NCBI GenBank assembly: GCA_965214095.1
Contig: OZ243938.1
Location: 2,240,001 to 2,304,000, forward strand
Reading direction: 5' to 3'
DNA length: 64,000 nucleotides
DNA from: Candidatus Poribacteria bacterium
GTDB taxonomy: Bacteria > Poribacteria > WGA-4E > WGA-3G
Of this stretch, positions 1 to 8,581 are shown in pieces. The position numbers and the translations under genes were made by a program. Below the pieces are notes generated by a model. The model searched no databases and had not been told where the DNA came from. It saw only the letters and a list, made by a program, of their open reading frames with translations. Each line of letters starts with the position of its first letter. The first letter of the stretch is position 1.

Positions 1-326
1 TTAATGGTAGTGGTAAGACCCGCAAATACTGTTGTTGATGCAACGGTTTTGGAAAGGTATCCTTGCAATTCAGCGCGAACATCATATCCACCCGGATCAA
101 TATTTGTCATGACATAATAGCCAGATGCGTTTGTTGTCGTAGATGTACTTGTACCGACAATTGAAACCTTGACATTCGCTAACGGTTGCTTTGATGATTC
201 AGCCGTGACAATACCGGAGATTTTACCGATCGTGGCAGCATCAATCTCTTGAGCACCGAAAATTACAAATAATGTGAAAATACTCAGAATGAAAAGTGCT
301 GTTTTAAAGATATTATCTACTTTCAA
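1..326 (-). CDS. Secreted protein with N-terminal carboxypeptidase-regulatory-like domain, probable TonB-dependent receptor (5' part only, runs off window start)
   Basis: Not in ORF track. Manual translation from TTG at 326 (AAGGAG upstream): MKVDNIFKTALFILSIFTLFVIFGAQEIDAATIGKISGIVTAESSKQPLANVKVSIVGT...TNASGYYVMTNIDPGGYDVRAELQGY, i.e. signal peptide plus GKISG..PL..V.V..G...T..SG.Y...N..PG.Y.V pattern. Confidence 0.75.
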   Translation of the reverse strand, partial: MKVDNIFKTALFILSIFTLFVIFGAQEIDAATIGKISGIVTAESSKQPLANVKVSIVGTSTSTTTNASGYYVMTNIDPGGYDVRAELQGYLSKTVASTTVFAGLTTTI

Positions 327-358
327 TGGACGACTCCTTTTCTTCTAAAGCACATGAC

Positions 359-1171
359 TTAAGTGTGCCGAAGTTGTTTATCAGACTTAGCTTCTAATAC
401 ACTTTCAATGAATTTCAAACTTTTTAGACTACGTTCCGTATGGTATTGGATAAAACTACCAAGTATCAGTTTCAGTTCACGATGATTACGTTCGGATGCA
501 CGAATTCTATTCAATTTACCGAACTCTGATTTCCGCAAGTTCTTTAGCAATTCACAACTTCCAGGTGCAATTGAAAATGCTGAGGTATCTCTGTGTTGAC
601 ACATTCCACAAAGCAGTCCGCCGAGGCGAACACTGAAAAGCATAACCAACATGGAATTTTGTGAATTTGGGAGAGGGGATGGTGTCACGATTGAACCACA
701 ATTCGCACACTGAGAAAGTTGTGGTGCATATCCTGCAAGGTCAAGGAACTTTATTTCAAAGACACGAACCAGTAACGGCACATCTTCGGTATCTGCTAAG
801 AAAGAGTAGGTATTTCGTAAGAGTTCGAAAACTTCGGGATTAGCATCACCTTCTGAGGCAATAGCATCAACTAATTCTGCTAAATAGCAACCATAAGTTA
901 TCCGCGTGAAATCTTCGCGGATACCATCAAAACCTTCAATTAGATCAAAACCTGTAAGACTCTGTAAGTCTTTGTTTTCGCGATAGTTAAAAAGAAGCAT
1001 GCCGTGGTTGAGTAGTTCTAAACTACCACTCAACTTGCTTTTCGGGCTCTTTACACCGTATGCCATAACTTTAACTTTCCCAAAATCGGGTGTATAGAAA
1101 GTGATGATCTTATTAGATTCTTGTAGAGTAAAGGCGCGAATTACAATCGCTTGTGTTTTTTGAACGGGCAT
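359..1171 (-). CDS. recO: DNA repair protein RecO
   Basis: N-terminal OB fold (AIVIR..E.NKI..FYT..FGK), FEIKFL..AGYAP.L..C..CG and GG..C..C zinc motif. Confidence 0.93.
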   Translation of the reverse strand: MPVQKTQAIVIRAFTLQESNKIITFYTPDFGKVKVMAYGVKSPKSKLSGSLELLNHGMLLFNYRENKDLQSLTGFDLIEGFDGIREDFTRITYGCYLAELVDAIASEGDANPEVFELLRNTYSFLADTEDVPLLVRVFEIKFLDLAGYAPQLSQCANCGSIVTPSPLPNSQNSMLVMLFSVRLGGLLCGMCQHRDTSAFSIAPGSCELLKNLRKSEFGKLNRIRASERNHRELKLILGSFIQYHTERSLKSLKFIESVLEAKSDKQLRHT

Positions 1172-1207
1172 AACTTTATGTTATCTGTGTGATATAAGGC
1201 GGGAAAA

Positions 1208-1282
<75 letters not shown>

Positions 1283-1292
1283 TTTCGCTTTA

Positions 1293-1321
1293 ATTATACC
1301 CACCCTATTCAGCTTTGTCAA
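1293..1321 (-). promoter_or_regulatory. Sigma-70 promoter for tRNA-Pro/recO
   Basis: Consensus TTGACA-17 nt-TATAAT on minus strand just upstream of the tRNA. Confidence 0.8.
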
Positions 1322-1331
1322 GTCTTTTAAC

Positions 1332-2606
1332 TTACTCTGAATTCTCAGTATTGCTTGCATTCTTCGGCATCAGAATTTGAATGCGATGAATCCTACGGTC
1401 GTCTGCTTCCAATATCGTAAATTCAATGCCACGGTATGTAAAAATCGCACCTGCTTCAGGAACGCGTCCCATGTGGTCAACAACAAATCCACCAATTGTA
1501 TCAATATTTTCCGAATCAAGTTCTGTCTCAAGTTTTTCGTTCAATTCAGCCAGGTTCAATCTGGCATCAACGGAATAGGTGTTTGTATCTATTTGAATGA
1601 AGGCATCCTGCTCACCTGCTTCGTCTTCGTCCTGAATTTCACCAACGATCTCTTCAATTATGTTTTCAAGTGTTATGATCCCTGCTGTACCACCGTATTC
1701 ATCTACGACTATGGAAATGTGTTGTTTATGTTCTCTCATCTCTCGGAATAGGTCAGATATCTTCTTGCTTTCTGGCGTGAAAAAGGCGGGACGACCAACT
1801 ATTAGTTCACGAAGGTTGATCGGTTTATTTTCTGCCCAACAATCCAACATATCCTTTACGTGTAAAATACCAATGATATTATCAATTGTCTCTTCATAAA
1901 TGGGGATTCGCGTATGCCTACACGCAATCGTCGTTTGTAAAACTTCATCAGCAGAAGTTCCAACTTCAAGCCATACTACATCAGTTCGCGCAACCAGAAT
2001 TTCTCTGGCAACTTTATCTGGTAAGTCTAAAATCCGAGAAATCATTTCACGGTCATCAGGTTCTAAAATATCTCGGATGTCGGCAACATTATCAAGTGTT
2101 TCTAATACTTCTGGAGAAACAAGACTATCATGTGCTGATGAAATATCACCCCCGAAGATACGCACGATGAGATTTACGAGAAAGCTCAACGGTATTAATA
2201 TAAGGAAACCGCACCAATAGACGATGCGCAAAGCACGTAATGCATGAATAGTCGTTCCGCTGGAACTATTTTGGACATAGTTCTTAGGAAATAATTCTGT
2301 GAAAACGACAAGACACAACGCAGCAAGACCACCACTCAGTATGCGATTGTTCCAAAATGTTGTAAACAAGACAACACTTCCAACTATCAGTAGAATCTTG
2401 ACCGTGATAATGGTCAACGAATAACGTCTCGGATGGCGTAAAAGCGAGGTTAGTACCTCATAACGTTTGCCACCTTCCTCTGCAAAATCAAGAATATCTG
2501 ACCTTGTTAAACGGGCAAGTAATGCTTCTGCAGCTGAAAACAACGCATTTAAAATTAACAGAATTCCTAAAAGAACTAATCTTGTAACTATATGTAGGTC
2601 ATCCAA
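1332..2606 (-). CDS. HlyC/CorC (CNNM) family protein: DUF21 + tandem CBS + CorC domain
   Basis: NALFSAAEA N-terminus, TELFPK, HTRIPIY, VVDEYGGTAGIITLENIIEEIVGEI.DE, TIGGFV...GRVP..G. Confidence 0.9.
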   Translation of the reverse strand: MDDLHIVTRLVLLGILLILNALFSAAEALLARLTRSDILDFAEEGGKRYEVLTSLLRHPRRYSLTIITVKILLIVGSVVLFTTFWNNRILSGGLAALCLVVFTELFPKNYVQNSSSGTTIHALRALRIVYWCGFLILIPLSFLVNLIVRIFGGDISSAHDSLVSPEVLETLDNVADIRDILEPDDREMISRILDLPDKVAREILVARTDVVWLEVGTSADEVLQTTIACRHTRIPIYEETIDNIIGILHVKDMLDCWAENKPINLRELIVGRPAFFTPESKKISDLFREMREHKQHISIVVDEYGGTAGIITLENIIEEIVGEIQDEDEAGEQDAFIQIDTNTYSVDARLNLAELNEKLETELDSENIDTIGGFVVDHMGRVPEAGAIFTYRGIEFTILEADDRRIHRIQILMPKNASNTENSE

Positions 2607-2656
2607 TCCTAAAATAACACCTCCGTTGTGTTTCCAATACTATCTCTATGTGATTT

Positions 2657-2759
2657 TATAGTGAATTATAAATATAAGTTGACACTTTCGACCCACGGTA
2701 GGCAAGGTTTCCTAACCTCGCCGATGCAGAGTGTTCAAGTAATTTCAAAATCTACTATA
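2657..2759. repeat. TATAGT-bounded MITE-like element carrying one GTAG-REP hairpin (copy 1)
   Basis: Imperfect ~30-bp terminal inverted arms TATAGT..ACAC / GTGT..ACTATA; internal GTAG-GCAAGGTTTCCTAACCTCGCC at 2698-2722. Confidence 0.6.
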
Positions 2760-2764
2760 TTGTC

Positions 2765-3214
2765 TTATTTCGTAGACCGCTTCAAATGAAGACGTTGTAA
2801 AATAATCTCCTGTTTTTCAAACATAACACAAGCTTCATTATAACTTTGATGGTCATATCCAAGTAAATGAAGCACACCGTGGACTGTGAGGAATGCTACC
2901 TCTTCTTCAAGTGAATGGGTTTCTTCTTTGGCTTGACGTTCTGCTGTTTCCATCGAGATGACAACATCACCAAGTATATGAGTGTTCTTGAGGTTATTAT
3001 CCTCACCTTCTTGCATAGCAAATGCCAATACATCTGTTGGGGCATCTATCTCTCTATATTCACGATTGAGTTGGGTCATGTGGGGATCGTCTGTCAATAA
3101 GATGCTAACCTCAGAATCTTCTAAATTATGTGCTATGAGCGTTTCTGACACTGCCCGTTCAACTTTTTCTATTTCAAAGGTTGTATTGCTACTGATATTA
3201 GTAATATCGGTCAA
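2765..3214 (-). CDS. ybeY: rRNA maturation endoribonuclease YbeY
   Basis: LNREYR..D.PTDVLAF, LGDVVIS, HGVLHLLGYDH signature; between phoH and corC-like gene. Confidence 0.95.
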   Translation of the reverse strand: MTDITNISSNTTFEIEKVERAVSETLIAHNLEDSEVSILLTDDPHMTQLNREYREIDAPTDVLAFAMQEGEDNNLKNTHILGDVVISMETAERQAKEETHSLEEEVAFLTVHGVLHLLGYDHQSYNEACVMFEKQEIILQRLHLKRSTK

Positions 3215-3219
3215 AACCT

Positions 3220-4227
3220 TTATTCCTCGGTCTTTTCTGCTTCTTCTAATATCTGTTTAGGATGTGGATGTGTTGACTGTTCATAAGCCTCAATGATACG
3301 TTGTACCAACTCATGCCGAACTACATCAACTTTAGAGAAGTATACGAATTCAATCCCTTTGATACCGTCAAGCACCTTTTGTGCGTCTGCAAGACCAGAA
3401 ACTTTATGTGTAGGCAAATCTGTTTGCGTTATGTCACCCGTTATAACGGCTTTTGAATCAAACCCGAGTCGTGTCAGGAACATCTTCATCTGTTCAATCG
3501 TAGCATTTTGTGCTTCATCAAGAACAACAAAAGAATTATTGAGTGTTCTTCCGCGCATGAATGCAATCGGTGCAACTTCAATGATATTCCGTTCAATATA
3601 TTTATCAAGTGCATCAGGTGGCATCATATCATACAACGCATCGTATAACGGTCGTAAATATGGATGTACCTTCGCTGCAATATCACCAGGCAAAAATCCA
3701 AGATGTTCCCCCGCTTCAACAGCAGGTCGAGTCAAGATGATACGACTCACCTGTCCGTTTTTAAGGGCAGAAACAGCCATCGCCATAGCAAGATATGTTT
3801 TGCCTGTCCCCGCCGGACCGATGCCAAAGACAAGATCATTGTGTTTGATCGCTTCAACATACCGTTTTTGCCCGGCTGTTTTCGGACGGATGACACCACG
3901 TTTCGAAAACACAGGTATGGATTCTGCTGGACTATGATTATCAATGGTGGATACATCTGCTTCCGATGCCCGAATCTCATAGTTAACATCGGTTGCCTGG
4001 ATACGTTCACCTTTTCGGATACGGTGAAGTAACGATTCCAACACTGCCACAACTTTATTGACCTTTTTTTGGTTTTCACCAAGGACAGCGATACTATCGC
4101 TTTTCAAAACAACGCGCACCTCAAAATCTTCTTCAATCATTTTTAGGAAGGCATCACTTTGACCAAAGAGAGCTTGTACCTCAGCGTTGTTCTGTATAGG
4201 AACACCCTTGAATGTTTGTTTTTCCAA
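3220..4227 (-). CDS. phoH: PhoH family ATPase
   Basis: GPAGTGKTYLA, LTRPAVEAGE.LGFLPGD, AFMRGRTL, DEAQN, TGDITQ.DL. Confidence 0.95.
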   Translation of the reverse strand: MEKQTFKGVPIQNNAEVQALFGQSDAFLKMIEEDFEVRVVLKSDSIAVLGENQKKVNKVVAVLESLLHRIRKGERIQATDVNYEIRASEADVSTIDNHSPAESIPVFSKRGVIRPKTAGQKRYVEAIKHNDLVFGIGPAGTGKTYLAMAMAVSALKNGQVSRIILTRPAVEAGEHLGFLPGDIAAKVHPYLRPLYDALYDMMPPDALDKYIERNIIEVAPIAFMRGRTLNNSFVVLDEAQNATIEQMKMFLTRLGFDSKAVITGDITQTDLPTHKVSGLADAQKVLDGIKGIEFVYFSKVDVVRHELVQRIIEAYEQSTHPHPKQILEEAEKTEE

Positions 4228-4462
4228 TCGGGTTTAAATCCTCCAAGAAGGTTATGTGTTAAACTTAACACGGTTTTGTAGAAAGAATCAAACGAAAATA
4301 TACAACAAGACATATAACCGAATCCAACGATATTCTCTGGGATTGGTTCAGTTTTCCTATTATATAATAACGTTAAACAAAATTCAAGCAGATTATCGCA
4401 ACCGTTCGTAAATCTTGATTTCACGAATTTTAGACCCTATTATGTTGCCGATTATCTTGGAA

Positions 4463-5116
4463 TCACAATTTCTCACGTGCATAGAATTTTACCTCCCTGA
4501 TTGAAGCACCTTTTAACGGAATCTGAATACGAGATGCCTTATTTTTTTCCGTTATTCTATTCTTACCACCAAAAGGACTTTTTTCATCTTTCACTCGGAC
4601 AGTATTCTGTTTATCTTGAATACCATCAGCAGTCAAACGTAAGTAAAGGATTTCTCGATTAATCTGAATCTTGACGGGTTGCTTGCTATCTATGTTGGTA
4701 TGTTGTTTATCACGCACCACTTCAAAGGATGTCTCAAACTTTGGAGGGTCATCCAAAGTTGTCACCAAGGCTAACTTTGGGATACGAGATTCTGGATATA
4801 TCTCAATATACGTTATATAAGTCGGAGAATCTAATTTTATCACGGCTTCTGTTCTAAAACCGCCCTTAATACTTGTAACATATTTCAATTCACTCGAATT
4901 ATTCCCGCGTGGTGTCAAACCTCCTTGTACCTCGTAGCCTTTCTCAACATGACCATTAAGCGCGAATGTGCTTACAGTTTCTAAATTTCCATCTACAAGT
5001 TTAGGATTAGTTGGACTTGTAAGTCGTGACGGATCTAACTCAATAGTGGGTTGGTTTAGGACAGCACACCCTAAAACACCAATAAGCAGAATGGACAAAA
5101 TGCCTAAGTTTCTCAT
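4463..5116 (-). CDS. Hypothetical lipoprotein
   Basis: ORF track 4463..5212; better start MRNLGILSILLIGVLG-C at 5116 (AAGGAG upstream), lipobox-like VLGC. Confidence 0.6.
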   Translation of the reverse strand: MRNLGILSILLIGVLGCAVLNQPTIELDPSRLTSPTNPKLVDGNLETVSTFALNGHVEKGYEVQGGLTPRGNNSSELKYVTSIKGGFRTEAVIKLDSPTYITYIEIYPESRIPKLALVTTLDDPPKFETSFEVVRDKQHTNIDSKQPVKIQINREILYLRLTADGIQDKQNTVRVKDEKSPFGGKNRITEKNKASRIQIPLKGASIREVKFYAREKL

Positions 5117-5198
5117 CGATCTTCTCCTTTTGATATGTAATACCATTTGTAATTTATTAGTTGTAATTAAACGAATGACCCGTTTGTAGTTGCGCAAT

Positions 5199-6260
5199 TT
5201 ATTGCGCCTCATTATTCAGATTAGGTACATCAACACCATATCGTTCAGCTGCTTCCACAAGCCGATCCCACGTTGGATCTTCTATTGGTATCCCTTCCAT
5301 TATCCTTTTTTCACGGCTACGTTCTTCAAATTCACCTGGAACATAAATTTCATCAACACCGGGCATCTTTGCGGATGATTTTACCCACTCTACAAGATGT
5401 TCAATTTCTTGTTCATAGTCAACTAAATCAATAAAATCCTCAATTTTAATTGCAAACATCACGATTCCACTTGCACCACGTGTAGGTTGTTCACGACTAC
5501 AACCTGCCCAAGAAAGTCCACCTGCTATTGCATCTATCATCACCCCGAGACCAAAACCCTTGTGTCCGAACTGGAAACCACCCAACGGCATAACTGCAGT
5601 ATCCGCTCCGCGTTCACGAAATGCATCTGGATCAGTCAAAGGATTACCCTCGGAATCAATCATCCAACCTTCTGGAATCGGTTCACCGCGCGCAATCTTT
5701 ACAAGGAACTTCCCACCTGCCACCACGCTCAACGTCATATCAAGTAGAAGCGGTTCTCCATTTGCACGAGGCACTGATATCGCAATCGGATTCGGTGGAA
5801 GTCTACGGGAAGTACCACCGTGCGGGTGCATGAACCTACCACCGCCATTGAGCAATACGATACCTATCATCCCAGCACGTGCAGCAATCGGTGGATATTC
5901 ACCCATACGCCCAGCATGTCCACATCGATGTAGACCGACTGCACCGATAGTACATGCCTTCGCTTTTTCTACTGCCATCTCCATTGCTTTCCGCGCTGCA
6001 ACCATACCAAGTGCCCCATTGACATTGATAACTGTCGCTGCCCCGCTCTCTCTGACAATCTCCATCTTATCTGCTGATGGACCACCTGTCATCCCACCAA
6101 TGTAATTCGGGGCATTGATGACTCCGTGTGAATCATGACCTGCCAGATTAGAATCAACCACGTGGTCGCTAACAATACGGGCATCTTCCTCAGTGCCACC
6201 TGCACCACGATAAATTTCGTATACAAACTTCCTCAATACAACATGAGATACAATCGGCAT
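5199..6260 (-). CDS. Ldh_2 family (malate/L-lactate/sulfolactate-type) oxidoreductase
   Basis: GHDSHG, H.GR.G.Y, NPIAI..P, LDM..S.VA.GK, GHKGFGL, PGE; start MPIVSH at 6260 with GGAGG. Confidence 0.88.
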   Translation of the reverse strand: MPIVSHVVLRKFVYEIYRGAGGTEEDARIVSDHVVDSNLAGHDSHGVINAPNYIGGMTGGPSADKMEIVRESGAATVINVNGALGMVAARKAMEMAVEKAKACTIGAVGLHRCGHAGRMGEYPPIAARAGMIGIVLLNGGGRFMHPHGGTSRRLPPNPIAISVPRANGEPLLLDMTLSVVAGGKFLVKIARGEPIPEGWMIDSEGNPLTDPDAFRERGADTAVMPLGGFQFGHKGFGLGVMIDAIAGGLSWAGCSREQPTRGASGIVMFAIKIEDFIDLVDYEQEIEHLVEWVKSSAKMPGVDEIYVPGEFEERSREKRIMEGIPIEDPTWDRLVEAAERYGVDVPNLNNEAQ

Positions 6261-6335
6261 GAAAGCCTCCTTAAACAAAAACAATTTCTTATTTCAAAAT
6301 AATAAATATAATCTGCAATGGAATAATAGCATGTA

Positions 6336-6917
6336 TTACTGGTTATCAGCAAATTCAATCTGTCTATAAACGTCCTGTAAAGACAACTCACATGCTATTG
6401 AAGTAAGAGATAGTACATTCTCAATTGATCGGAATTCGGTAGGTTTCCACAACGTTCCATGGCGCATATAGTGTTCAACGTGCACTTCGTCTTGTGAAAC
6501 AAGAATATATTCCTGCAGCGACGCAAGTTGTTGGTAATGTGAGAATTTATCTATTCGGTCATAGTCTTTTGTTGATGGTGAAAGTACTTCTATAATGATA
6601 ATGGGGTTAAGCAGTGTGTCAAAGGTATTATCTTCAAAGCGTGGTTTGTCGCACACCACAACAATATCAGGATAGAAATAGGAACTTGTAGAGGGTGCCT
6701 TCACTCGCATATCACTTGCCATGACCATACAACTACCATCCATCAATTTGTTGTTAAGGGCAGTTGACATGTTGGTTGTGATAATATTATGAGTGTAACT
6801 TGCTCCTGCCATTGCGACGATCTTACCGCGCACAAATTCACTCTTAGTAATCGCTTTGCGTTCCCGAGTGAGGTACTCCTCAGGGGAGAGTTGGGTTTGA
6901 ATTGCTACAGATGCCAT
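6336..6917 (-). CDS. Uma2 family (PD-(D/E)XK) endonuclease
   Basis: EEYL..ER....KSE...G...AMAGAS..HN.I, YPDIVVVC, IEVLSPST..YDR..KF..Y....SLQEYILVSQD. Confidence 0.9.
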   Translation of the reverse strand: MASVAIQTQLSPEEYLTRERKAITKSEFVRGKIVAMAGASYTHNIITTNMSTALNNKLMDGSCMVMASDMRVKAPSTSSYFYPDIVVVCDKPRFEDNTFDTLLNPIIIIEVLSPSTKDYDRIDKFSHYQQLASLQEYILVSQDEVHVEHYMRHGTLWKPTEFRSIENVLSLTSIACELSLQDVYRQIEFADNQ

Positions 6918-6988
6918 GGGTCTCCATTTATGTGTATGTTGTATGTTTTTTATTTAGGTTTAGTTGGCAAACGGATTGTATCAGTATC

Positions 6989-7107
6989 TATAGTAAAGTT
7001 TAGAATTAAGAAGACATTTCAATGCACTTGCCAGTACCACAAGTCCCGTAGGGGCGAGGTTTCCTTGCCCTCTGAGGCGTGTCCTATTAATTGTAAATTC
7101 CACTATA
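6989..7107. repeat. TATAGT-bounded MITE-like element carrying one GTAG-REP hairpin (copy 2)
   Basis: Left arm TATAGTAAAGTTTAGAATTAAGAAGACA, right arm (rc) TATAGTGGAATTTACAATTAATAGGACA; internal GTAG-GGGCGAGGTTTCCTTGCCC at 7048-7070. Confidence 0.6.
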
Positions 7108-7204
7108 ATATGATTGAAATTCCGATAGCGGTATATTTTGTAAGACACCTTTCAATAATGTTCAAATGACATACTCCCAAGCCTAAAGGCATTGGGTTTC
7201 TTTA

Positions 7205-8380
7205 TCACCTTATAGGTGACTCCACAAGGTTTAAGCCTGTGTGACGTAGGTGCCAGTTGAATTTGACACTTAGGGGGGATGCCATAACCCCGACTACAGA
7301 GTCTTTCAACTCTGATACTTTTCTATAGATGTTGATAGCACCAACACCATCTCTATGATACTTGAAACCACACGGACATTTATACTCACGTGTTGTCGGT
7401 TTCTTTCTATTGCCACACTTTGGACAGGTTTGTGATGTGTATGCTTCAGATACAGACTTCACATGTATTCCTGCCATTTCTGCTTTGTAGGTTATCATGT
7501 GTGTGATACGTGCGAAAGTCCATTGATGCACTTTCTGATTAGACTTTTTACTAAACTTCATATTCTCACGGATGCCTTTTAAGTCTCCTATCACAATCGT
7601 ATCTGCCTTCGCCTCTATGCAGTCAGATATAAACTTTGTTGTGATTTTATGTTCAGCATCTTTGAGTTGTGCATTCAGTTTGTCTAATGTTTTACGTTTC
7701 GCTTTTTTTAGTCTATACCAACGTCTTGAACGCCTTTTACAACGTTCTATCTCTTGTTGAAACACACCTTTTATCTTATTCTTATATCTCTGTATAGAAC
7801 GGATAAATCTACCATTATAGATAGTTGTCCGCTTGCCATCAAATGAAACTATTGGGTGTATCTCTCCCATATCAACTGATACTGTAATACCTGTATCTTG
7901 TTTCTGTGGTGTGTCTACTTGATAAACTAAAGCAAAGTAATATGCACCACGCTTAAAACACATCTCTACATACTTCGGTTTCTTATGAATGCCTTCAAGG
8001 ATAATAGGTGCATTCCCTTTGCCATTAGACAATATCAGTTTATTGTCCTTAATTCTAATAGCACCAGACTTCCAATGCACTTTGAAATGCTTTGGTGTCC
8101 GTTTCGGCGGTTTTGCTTCAGGGTTAGATTTCCTGACTTCAAAAAAACTCTTGAGACTATCAAAATAACTATCCGCACACGCTTGGACAGATTGACTATG
8201 TAATGCATAATCTCTATGACGCATGTATTTATGGACTGTGTTTTTAGACAACCATATACCTTTTTTCTTATGCGTTTTCCTAACAAGTGATACCACTTTA
8301 GAATAGCAACTCCCAGATGCACGTGCTAATAAATCTAATTGTTCAGTCCGTTTATGTTTCAATGTTTGTGTGAGATACAT
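7205..8380 (-). CDS. tnpB: RNA-guided endonuclease TnpB
   Basis: RuvC-I VSVDMG, IVIGDL, YKAE.AGI, SEAYTSQTCPKCG..CPCG zinc finger, RuvC-III HRDGVGAINI. Confidence 0.93.
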   Translation of the reverse strand: MYLTQTLKHKRTEQLDLLARASGSCYSKVVSLVRKTHKKKGIWLSKNTVHKYMRHRDYALHSQSVQACADSYFDSLKSFFEVRKSNPEAKPPKRTPKHFKVHWKSGAIRIKDNKLILSNGKGNAPIILEGIHKKPKYVEMCFKRGAYYFALVYQVDTPQKQDTGITVSVDMGEIHPIVSFDGKRTTIYNGRFIRSIQRYKNKIKGVFQQEIERCKRRSRRWYRLKKAKRKTLDKLNAQLKDAEHKITTKFISDCIEAKADTIVIGDLKGIRENMKFSKKSNQKVHQWTFARITHMITYKAEMAGIHVKSVSEAYTSQTCPKCGNRKKPTTREYKCPCGFKYHRDGVGAINIYRKVSELKDSVVGVMASPLSVKFNWHLRHTGLNLVESPIR

Positions 8381-8470
8381 TGTGTTATCCTTTGCATTGT
8401 GATACCATTTCTGAATGGAGCGGTGGCACTCTCAAGTGAGAGGCAGAATCCACCGCCACAATGCACTAAT

Positions 8471-8499
8471 GGTATAACACATTTTACCCAAAAAGTCAA
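8471..8499 (-). promoter_or_regulatory. Putative sigma-70 promoter for tnpB inside the IS
   Basis: TTGACT-17 nt-TATACC on minus strand between the left-end hairpin and tnpB. Confidence 0.55.
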
Positions 8500-8581
8500 G
8501 TATATTTGGCAGTGTTTCATCCCAAATCTAAAGAATTGGGCTTTCACACCGCAACGTTTGGTAATTATAGTCTTTACGACC

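Larger units (their letters stand above)
7166..8560 (-). mobile_element. IS200/IS605-family element, tnpB only (IS1341-like), with IS608-like ends
   Basis: Minus strand: TTAC|CAAACG..GAAAG-CCCAATTCTTTAGATTTGGG left-end hairpin (8521-8540); right end GAAA-CCCAATGCCTTTAGGCTTGGG-AGTATG-TCAT ending at 7166; no tnpA ORF. Confidence 0.85.

Noticed and set aside
3293-4082. Long antisense or alternate-frame ORFs over phoH, and similar ones over the Ldh_2, rseP, asd and secD genes
   Set aside because: Shadow ORFs of well-supported genes with no recognisable motifs
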